Below, in pieces: positions 1 to 6,559 of a stretch of DNA of 16,504 nt; within the stretch, counting starts at the first letter, position 1, and every line of letters starts with the position of its first letter. Location of the stretch: assembly GCA_019057815.1 (NCBI GenBank), contig JAHLWR010000039.1, positions 1 to 16,504 of the forward strand, in the 5' to 3' direction. This DNA is from Candidatus Heimdallarchaeota archaeon (lineage in GTDB: Archaea > Asgardarchaeota > Heimdallarchaeia > Heimdallarchaeales > Heimdallarchaeaceae). Below the pieces are notes generated by a model, which did not search any database, had not been told where the DNA came from, and worked only from the letters and a program-made list of their open reading frames with translations. The position numbers and the translations under genes are program-made.

Positions 1-10
1 CATACCCTCC
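1..10 (-). other. Possible start (ATG at 3..1 preceded by GGAGG) of a minus-strand gene leaving the window
   Basis: Reverse complement of 1-10 reads GGAGGGTATG. The SD-ATG spacing is short and the ORF cannot be seen. Confidence 0.3.
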
Positions 11-103
11 GTAACCCACTCTTTTAAACTGTTACCAAGGTGGGTTTAGTTAACAGTAAGGTATATACATTACAAAAGACATAAAAAAGTTGTTTTTATC
101 ATA

Positions 104-328
104 GTGATAACGACGATACAAAAACATTATACTGATGTTGAAAAGAAGGTTGTTACACAGTATAGCTCCAAAAGCACATCAATAAGGGTTCTAGTTTCTG
201 ACGAAGATGGAGCTCCAAGTTTTATCCTCAGAAGATTTGAAATTGAACCTAATGGTAAAATAGGTCTCCACCATCACATTCAAGAGCACGAAATCTATAT
301 TTTATCCGGTAAAGGTGAAGTCTTCTAA
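104..328 (+). pseudogene. Truncated cupin-domain (cupin_2-like) protein, N-terminal half only
   Basis: IRVLVSDEDGAPSFILRRFEIEPNGKIGLHHHIQEHEIYILSGKGEV contains cupin motif 1 (H-x-H...E-x-Y-I-L-x-G-x-G). The ORF stops at TAA 326-328 before motif 2 (G-D-x-x-x-x-P...H), which I could not find downstream. The convergent neighbour ends 15 nt later. Confidence 0.65.
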
Positions 329-343
329 TTTTCATCAATTATC

Positions 344-742
344 TTATTCTATGTCTTCTTTTAATTCTTGAACCTTCTTTTCATCACCCAAGATGTTTTC
401 AGCTTTACAGAAGGGGCAAGTGATGATTAGAAATTCTCCATCTGTTCGCTGTTCTCCTCCTACTAGAGGTTTACCACAAGAATCACAAAAATCTTGCTGA
501 GGAAAACTAGGCAATTCTTGAAGTATTGCTGAATCTTTTTTCTTAGCTACAAAATCTGCATACAATGCTAAAAATGCTGTAAAAAGGTAAAGCCCTACAA
601 TTATACTACTTACTATTACCATCCAAACTTGTTCCATGACGAAACCGATAGAATAACCAGGAGTAACGATAATAACAAAAGCAACTGTCAACCAGATAAA
701 ATCTTCTCTATCTATCTCTTCAAAGAATTTCAAGAATTTCAT
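344..742 (-). CDS. Hypothetical membrane protein, 2 TM helices + C-terminal zinc ribbon
   Basis: 132 aa, ATG start; hydrophobic FIWLTVAFVIIVTPGYSIGFV and VWMVIVSSIIVGLYLFTAFLALY; CDSC...CPFC motif. Confidence 0.8.
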   Translation of the reverse strand: MKFLKFFEEIDREDFIWLTVAFVIIVTPGYSIGFVMEQVWMVIVSSIIVGLYLFTAFLALYADFVAKKKDSAILQELPSFPQQDFCDSCGKPLVGGEQRTDGEFLIITCPFCKAENILGDEKKVQELKEDIE

Positions 743-877
743 ATGTTAATTATGTAGGGAAGTACTATTTATTTATTCCTTTTTTGTAAATGAAAATAAT
801 TGAACTATTTTTAAGAAGAAGAAGCTAATTCTAAATACAGTTATTCTGCTGAAAAATGGGTTTTAATGCGCTAAATC

Positions 878-885
878 TTTATAAA
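878..885 (+). promoter_or_regulatory. Archaeal TATA box for the LLM oxidoreductase (probably leaderless)
   Basis: TTTATAAA at 878-885, centred about 25 nt upstream of ATG 907. Confidence 0.55.
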
Positions 886-906
886 TGCCAAATTTAAGCT
901 TTGATT

Positions 907-1854
907 ATGACTTTTTATGGTATTCAAATTGAACCTCAATTCGGTTTTAATTTTCAACAAATAAAGGATATAGTTCAAAACGCTGAACAACTAGGTTTTA
1001 CTCATGCGTGGTTCTCAGATCATTTTATGCTTTCAGCTGATGCTGTTGATACAAATGCTTACGAATGTTTTACAGCTATGATGGCTGCAGCATCTTATAC
1101 TTCAACTTTAAGATTAGGTTCATTGGTTTTTTGTAATTCCTACAGATATCCTGCTGTCATAGCTAAGCAAATTGCTTCATTGGATCATTATTCCGGAGGA
1201 AGAATAGAGTTTGGGTATGGCGCAGGGTGGAAGGAAGTAGAGTATAATGCTTATGGAATTCCTTTTCCATCAGCTGGGACACGATTAAAACAAACCATTG
1301 AAGCTATTCAAGTTATTAGAAAGTTGTGGACAGAGGAAAGAGCTAACTTCCAAGGAGAGTATTATCAATTAAACGATGCTGTTTCTTATCCAAAACCTCT
1401 GCAAAAACCCCATCCAACAATTTGGATAGGAACTATGTATGCTAAGCCAAAAACCTTGAATATTGCTGCACAGTATGCTGATGGAATTAATCTTGCATGG
1501 ACTTACACTCTAGAAGTCTTTGAAGAGAAAATGCATGCACTAGATGAATTATGTGAAAAATATGATAGAAAGCCTGAATCGCTTAAAAAATCATATGGTA
1601 TATGGTCTAGAATATATGAGTCTGAAGAAGAAAAGAAGAGAGTTATGAAGGAAGTAGCTGAAAAAAGAGGATTTACACAAGAAGAGCTTGAAAAACGATA
1701 TGAAGGGGCAATGCATGGGACAGCCGAAGAGATTGTAGAATGGATCAATTCCTATCAAAAATTGGGTGCGGAACATTTTATTTTCATGTTTCCACAGAAC
1801 AAAGAAATAGAGCAGATGAAACTATTTCATGAAAATGTTCTTCCTAAACTTTGA
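907..1854 (+). CDS. LLM-class (luciferase-like) F420-dependent oxidoreductase, Rv1855c/TIGR03560-like
   Basis: Motifs WFSDHF, LRLGSLVFCNSYRYPAVIAKQIASLDHYSGGRIEFGYGAGW, AYGIPFP, FQGEYY, PKPLQKPHPTIWIG, AAQYADGIN. ATG at 907 preferred over TTG at 901. Confidence 0.9.
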   Translation: MTFYGIQIEPQFGFNFQQIKDIVQNAEQLGFTHAWFSDHFMLSADAVDTNAYECFTAMMAAASYTSTLRLGSLVFCNSYRYPAVIAKQIASLDHYSGGRIEFGYGAGWKEVEYNAYGIPFPSAGTRLKQTIEAIQVIRKLWTEERANFQGEYYQLNDAVSYPKPLQKPHPTIWIGTMYAKPKTLNIAAQYADGINLAWTYTLEVFEEKMHALDELCEKYDRKPESLKKSYGIWSRIYESEEEKKRVMKEVAEKRGFTQEELEKRYEGAMHGTAEEIVEWINSYQKLGAEHFIFMFPQNKEIEQMKLFHENVLPKL

Positions 1855-1884
1855 TTTTATGAATACAAAATAGAATAAAAAGAA

Positions 1885-2649
1885 TCACTTTGTGGCTCCA
1901 CAGTTTATACAGAATTTATCTTCAAGTTTCATTGTAAATCCACAACTTGTACAGAAGGATTTTGCAGGTTTTTCTCCTTCTGGTTTGATTTCTTCATATG
2001 ACTGTGGTTGTGCTGGTTGATAAGGTTGGACTGGGTGATAAGGTTGAGCAGGAGCAATAATTTTTTGAGCACTTAGGATTTTGGTTGAACTTATAAATAA
2101 AACTACACAAACCATAGCTAGCAGAACTAATTCTGTATAAAAACCGATTGATAAATTAAGATGTATAGTACTATAACTTAAACTGAAGTAGATTATACCA
2201 AATAGAAGTTTTGCCCATCCAAAGATTATATAAACTGGGTTGCCTAGACTCTTGTCTACTTTTTTGAAACCAATGTAAACTAACGTGAAGGCAATTCCGT
2301 GTATTAAAGAGGCAACGAAAAATAGTCCAATTGAAAGGAATGGGATATCATAAATCCTCCAAAAATTGGTTCCTAGAAAAAGAACTAAATCAAATAATAT
2401 AAAGGTGAGAATAAGGATTACAGATTGATTCAATTTCTCCTGAGCTTGAGGGAATGAGTTTTTTATTTTGAATAATAGAAAAGCAAAAACTGCATAAGAT
2501 ATGTAAAATACTACAATCCAAGACCAAATTATAGCGGTGTAATTAGTAAATTCTCTGATTAAATTTAGAATTATACTTGCTAAAAACACACCAGCTGAAA
2601 TTTTAAATATTATGGAGATAGTTACATTAGAAGTTTTACTATAACTCAT
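1885..2649 (-). CDS. Membrane protein (about 6 TM) with Pro/Gln/Tyr-rich linker and C-terminal zinc ribbon
   Basis: 254 aa; six hydrophobic segments, then PAQPYHPVQPYQPAQPQSY, then FCTSCG...FCINCG. SD-like GGGTG at 2659-2655. Confidence 0.85.
   Translation of the reverse strand: MSYSKTSNVTISIIFKISAGVFLASIILNLIREFTNYTAIIWSWIVVFYISYAVFAFLLFKIKNSFPQAQEKLNQSVILILTFILFDLVLFLGTNFWRIYDIPFLSIGLFFVASLIHGIAFTLVYIGFKKVDKSLGNPVYIIFGWAKLLFGIIYFSLSYSTIHLNLSIGFYTELVLLAMVCVVLFISSTKILSAQKIIAPAQPYHPVQPYQPAQPQSYEEIKPEGEKPAKSFCTSCGFTMKLEDKFCINCGATK
2006..2052. repeat. 18-bp imperfect tandem repeat (about 2.6 copies) encoding (A/V)QPY(H/Q)P
   Basis: ggttgtgctggttgataa / ggttggactgggtgataa / ggttgagcagg. Confidence 0.7.
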
Positions 2650-2684
2650 TTAGACACCCTTCAAAATTATAACAAAGCTGTACT

Positions 2685-2694
2685 AAAAAAAGAG
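2685..2694 (-). terminator. Oligo-T terminator candidate after SBP1
   Basis: T7 run on the minus strand (2691-2685), starting 5 nt after the TAG stop at 2697. Confidence 0.4.
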
Positions 2695-2696
2695 TT

Positions 2697-4505
2697 CTAT
2701 TTTCTCGTTTTTTTTACTTTTACTGCTGCTACAATTGCATAGATGCATATTATCAATATCCAACTACTTCCTAAATTAACTGTTGTATGATTGGAAGTAG
2801 TGGTACTAGTCTCAGTTGATAAAGCGTATCCTGCTTGTTCCATATACATTTTTGCTAGCTCTAAATTATATTCATAAGGATTAAGAGAATCATCAAATCC
2901 GATACAGCCTTTAGGCATTGGAGTGACAGCTGGACTCCCCACTCCTTCTAAAAGCTCATCTATTATCATTTGGCGAGGTACTATGTGACTAATTGCTTTT
3001 CTAACATTGTTAGCTGCTTCAGCTGTTCCTACAGGCGTCAACTCCCCTGTACCTAGAATAGGATGTTTGAGATTGATAGCTATTTCGTTGTTTTCAAAAG
3101 AAGGGGCAATTAATGGTTGGATTTCTGATACACCTTTGTAATCATTTAACATTGGTAAATAATTAGCATCAACAATGTCAACATTACCATCTTTTAGTTC
3201 AGATATAGCTGTATCTTTTCCTTCAACGAATTTAAAAGCGATTTCGCTAACATATGGCTGTTTTCTGTGGTAGTAAACATTTGGTACAAGTTCAACAAGA
3301 TTGTTATCCAAACTAAAAGAAGACAGCTTAAAAGGACCACAAGAGGTAACTAGAGCATTACCAACATTTCCAGTTAGAGGGTACTCGTTAAAGATTCCAT
3401 ACCCATAAGTGGAAATGAGCGGTTCCACTGTGGATTTTTCTATTATACCACAACTCATAAGTTCAAAAGCAAGGAAACTTGCTTGATTAAAGTTAAATTG
3501 GATATTGTGGGTGTCTAGAATAACTACTGAATCATTATTAATTAAGTATTTTTCCAATAATCCTCTATTACTTGAATAGATTTCAGGGTTAAAATGCAAA
3601 TCGTATGTGTATTTAACGTCTTCCGCTAAGACAGGGTTTCCATTGCTGAATTTAGCACTTGAATTGATTGTTACATTAAATTGTAAACTATCTGAACTTA
3701 CAGTATAATCTAATGCGACTACTGGATCATAAAAGTGAAAATCATGTGCTCTTTGAAACAATCCACCATATACACTTTGCATCCATAGAGAATCATAATA
3801 CGATTCAAGAGAGAAGACTTGTGTATCATAAAATTCAACTGGACTAGCATAGTTTATAATGTGATCATCAGAATCATCCCAATATTCTGCTCTATGTTTC
3901 CCGACAGATAATAGAACAGCATCTATGTTAGTTAGGCTATCTTTAATTCCAAAAATACAACCAGGATTAATAATTGGAATCGAAGGTAGATCATCATAAA
4001 GAATCTGTTGTACATCTTGTACAATAAATTTTCTCTCTTGAGGATTAAATTCTGACATATAATCTTCTAGCAAGATATCATAATCGGGATTGGAGTATTG
4101 ATAAAGATTCGAACCATAAGGAGGGATTTCAGTACTATGAAACAGTTTAAAAGGTGACCAATCGAGTCCCCATGCCCAATCAACAAAGAGAACATCAAAA
4201 CCTCCCTGTTCATAAGTTGGAATGTAATCATAATAATCGGGCTCTCCTACTGGGTAATCCCATGTTCTTGAGAAAATGCTTGGCCATACAGATTGATCAT
4301 GAATATCGATTCCAATCCCAATTTTTGGCATTTCTTCTTTCATTAGGAACGCCCATTGATTTCGAGATGTAGAAGAAGCTGGTGATAGAAGACTTATTTT
4401 AAAAACTGGTAAAACGTCACTAGTCTGACTTTGAGTAAGACTAGAATTGAATAAAAATATTAATATTATTATTATTGATAGGAAAAGGGTTCCTTTTCTT
4501 TTCAT
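2697..4505 (-). CDS. ABC-type peptide/nickel solute-binding protein, family 5 (SBP1), circularly permuted, C-terminally anchored
   Basis: Signal peptide MKRKGTLFLSIIIILIFLF; motifs AKFSNGNPVLAEDVKYTY, SCGPFKL, VRKAISHIVPRQ, YEYNLELAKMYMEQAGY, YSNPDYD, QQILYDDLPSIP; Ser/Thr linker, hydrophobic helix, basic tail KVKKTRK. ATG 4505 preferred over GTG 4514. Confidence 0.9.
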   Translation of the reverse strand: MKRKGTLFLSIIIILIFLFNSSLTQSQTSDVLPVFKISLLSPASSTSRNQWAFLMKEEMPKIGIGIDIHDQSVWPSIFSRTWDYPVGEPDYYDYIPTYEQGGFDVLFVDWAWGLDWSPFKLFHSTEIPPYGSNLYQYSNPDYDILLEDYMSEFNPQERKFIVQDVQQILYDDLPSIPIINPGCIFGIKDSLTNIDAVLLSVGKHRAEYWDDSDDHIINYASPVEFYDTQVFSLESYYDSLWMQSVYGGLFQRAHDFHFYDPVVALDYTVSSDSLQFNVTINSSAKFSNGNPVLAEDVKYTYDLHFNPEIYSSNRGLLEKYLINNDSVVILDTHNIQFNFNQASFLAFELMSCGIIEKSTVEPLISTYGYGIFNEYPLTGNVGNALVTSCGPFKLSSFSLDNNLVELVPNVYYHRKQPYVSEIAFKFVEGKDTAISELKDGNVDIVDANYLPMLNDYKGVSEIQPLIAPSFENNEIAINLKHPILGTGELTPVGTAEAANNVRKAISHIVPRQMIIDELLEGVGSPAVTPMPKGCIGFDDSLNPYEYNLELAKMYMEQAGYALSTETSTTTSNHTTVNLGSSWILIICIYAIVAAVKVKKTRK

Positions 4506-4569
4506 AGTGCACACTTTTATCTTTTCTTTTTAAGTATACAAGAATATAGGAAGAATAAATATTTATCGG

Positions 4570-4590
4570 AAAAAAAGAAAAAGAAAAAAA
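4570..4590 (-). terminator. Oligo-T terminator after SBP2
   Basis: Minus strand reads TTTTTTTCTTTTTCTTTTTTT, starting 7 nt after the TAA stop at 4598. Confidence 0.65.
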
Positions 4591-4597
4591 CTAAGGA

Positions 4598-6445
4598 TTA
4601 TTTTCTTCTGATTCTTCTTAGAGTGAATATTGACGCAATAGCTAGGAAATTTATTAGAAGAATCTTAATACTACCGACTGAAACAGTTGTAGAAATCGTA
4701 GTAGTGTAGGTGGAAGTGACAATGGAAGTAGAAGTGACAATGGAAATAGAAGTGACAATGGAGGTGGAAGTAGTGGTAACATATCCAGCTTCTTCCATGT
4801 ATTCTCTTGCGAGATCCATATCATAGGCATAAGGCTCTAATGTGGCATCAAAACCGACTGATGCGTCAGGCATTGGGTTTGAAGCAGGAGCTGCTAGACC
4901 TTCAAGAATCTCGTTGACAAGTACATCACGAGGAACTGCGTGGCTGATAGCTTTACGAACAGCTATAGCTGCTCCATTTGTACCTAAAGGTGTCAGCTCT
5001 CCAGTACCAATGATTGGGTGTTTCATATTGATAGCCATTTCTTGTGTGCTAGGGTCATCAACCAATATAGCGTCGACACCTAAAACACCATCAAAGTCAA
5101 AAAAGGAGGGTATATATTGAGAGTCAACAATATCAACAGCACCAGAAGCGAGATCAGCAATAGCTGAGTCTTTACCACTGATAAATGTGAAGATTAATTG
5201 ATCTAATGATGGAGCTGTTCCATGCCAGAATGGGTTAGGTTCGAGTACTGCTGTACTGGTAATTGTGTCATAATCACTTAACATGAATGGACCACACGAG
5301 GTAACAAGAGCTGTTCCTTCAGGTGTAACTATTGGTTCCATATTGAAAATAGCTTCTCCTTGAGCAACAAAGTATGGTTCAACTACAGACTTATCGATAA
5401 TTTGGTAGGAGAACAGTTGGTCAACCAAGAAGTAAGGCTTTTTCAAGTTGAATTGAACTGTAGACTCATCAATAACGCCAATTGAGTCAATACTTTCAAA
5501 GTATGAATACAGATAACCATATGCACCTGAACTCACAGATGGTGTCATGTGTAATTCATAAGTATATTTGATATCTTCTGCAAGAACTGGGTCTCCATTG
5601 CTGAATTTAGCAAGAGGATCAATTGAAACGTTAAATTGTAAGTTATCAGAGCTTACCGTCATACCGGTTGCAATTACAGGTTCCATAAGTCTTGTACCTT
5701 GTGCTCTTGCGAATAGAGTTCCATATAGAGCTTGCATCCATTGAGCACCAATATATGAAACAGACCTATATGTGTTGTATTCAGATATTGGAAATGGTAG
5801 AGCATATATGATAGTATTATCGATTGAATCAGCCCAATATTCTGCACGGTAAGAGTTTGTTGCGATTAACAATTCATCATAACCAGTAACGTTCTCATTA
5901 AATCCATAGAGTGATTTTGGATAGATGAGTGTAATTGATGGGAGATCATTATAGAGTATCTGTTGAATTTGTTTAACTAGAGGGATTCTAGCAGCTCCAT
6001 CAAGTTCAGAAGTATATTGAAGAAGTGCGCTGTCATAAGCAGCATTACTGTATTGATACATGTTGTCTCCAGCTGGTACAATACTAGCTGTGTCATACAA
6101 ACCTGTTGGATCCCAATCTAATTCCCAAGACCAACCTACGAAGAGGATGTCATAACCTCCATCTCCATATGTGGGTATATAGTCAAAGGTTACACCTACT
6201 GGATATTCCCATGTTCTTGGGTAAATGTTGGCCCATCCCGTTGATTCATGATGAGATATTCCAATACCAATTTTTGGTAATTGATTTTGCATTAGGAGCG
6301 CCCATTGATTTCGTGCAGGGTTAGTGTTTGGTGATAGTAGGTTTATAGAGAAATACGGTTCAGCTGGTTCAGCACTCCTAGCATTGCTTGTAGAAAACAC
6401 AAAACAAAGCACTAGGAAAAAGGATAGTATTTTTATTTTTTTCAT
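4598..6445 (-). CDS. ABC-type peptide/nickel solute-binding protein, family 5 (SBP2), circularly permuted, C-terminally anchored
   Basis: 615 aa; signal peptide MKKIKILSFFLVLCFVFSTSNARS; AKFSNGDPVLAEDIKYTY, SCGPFML, NPFWHG, VRKAISHAVPRD, YAYDMDLAREYMEEAGY; Thr/Ser stalk, TM, RRIRRK. Confidence 0.92.
   Translation of the reverse strand: MKKIKILSFFLVLCFVFSTSNARSAEPAEPYFSINLLSPNTNPARNQWALLMQNQLPKIGIGISHHESTGWANIYPRTWEYPVGVTFDYIPTYGDGGYDILFVGWSWELDWDPTGLYDTASIVPAGDNMYQYSNAAYDSALLQYTSELDGAARIPLVKQIQQILYNDLPSITLIYPKSLYGFNENVTGYDELLIATNSYRAEYWADSIDNTIIYALPFPISEYNTYRSVSYIGAQWMQALYGTLFARAQGTRLMEPVIATGMTVSSDNLQFNVSIDPLAKFSNGDPVLAEDIKYTYELHMTPSVSSGAYGYLYSYFESIDSIGVIDESTVQFNLKKPYFLVDQLFSYQIIDKSVVEPYFVAQGEAIFNMEPIVTPEGTALVTSCGPFMLSDYDTITSTAVLEPNPFWHGTAPSLDQLIFTFISGKDSAIADLASGAVDIVDSQYIPSFFDFDGVLGVDAILVDDPSTQEMAINMKHPIIGTGELTPLGTNGAAIAVRKAISHAVPRDVLVNEILEGLAAPASNPMPDASVGFDATLEPYAYDMDLAREYMEEAGYVTTTSTSIVTSISIVTSTSIVTSTYTTTISTTVSVGSIKILLINFLAIASIFTLRRIRRK
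4713..4771. repeat. 18-bp tandem repeat (about 3.3 copies) encoding TSIVTS units of the SBP2 stalk
   Basis: gaagtgacaatggaagta / gaagtgacaatggaaata / gaagtgacaatggaggtg / gaagt. Confidence 0.85.
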
Positions 6446-6491
6446 ATAATCATTCCACTAAGTGAATCAAGAAAGACATTCATTAGATGAA

Positions 6492-6499
6492 TATAAAAA
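6492..6499 (-). promoter_or_regulatory. TATA box candidate for SBP2
   Basis: TTTTTATA on the minus strand about 47-54 nt upstream of ATG 6445, downstream of a T-rich tract following SBP3. Confidence 0.4.
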
Positions 6500-6534
6500 T
6501 TTTATGCATAATGGTTATCTACGCACTTCTTATG

Positions 6535-6556
6535 GAAAAAAGGGAAATAAGAAAAT
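6535..6556 (-). terminator. Pyrimidine/oligo-T terminator candidate after SBP3
   Basis: Minus strand ATTTTCTTATTTCCCTTTTTTC directly after the TAG stop at 6560. Confidence 0.45.
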
Positions 6557-6559
6557 AGT

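Noticed and set aside
326-424. Stop-codon readthrough or frameshift restoring the cupin
   Set aside because: The stop is TAA (not Sec/Pyl), the downstream sequence shows no cupin motif 2, and it belongs to the convergent gene.
1503-1776. Short minus-strand ORFs 1503-1748 and 1591-1776
   Set aside because: Antisense shadows inside the well-supported LLM gene; no motifs.
907-1854. LLM enzyme as the missing P5C reductase for HypD
   Set aside because: It is 10 kb away in a separate transcription unit, and nothing in the sequence indicates its substrate.
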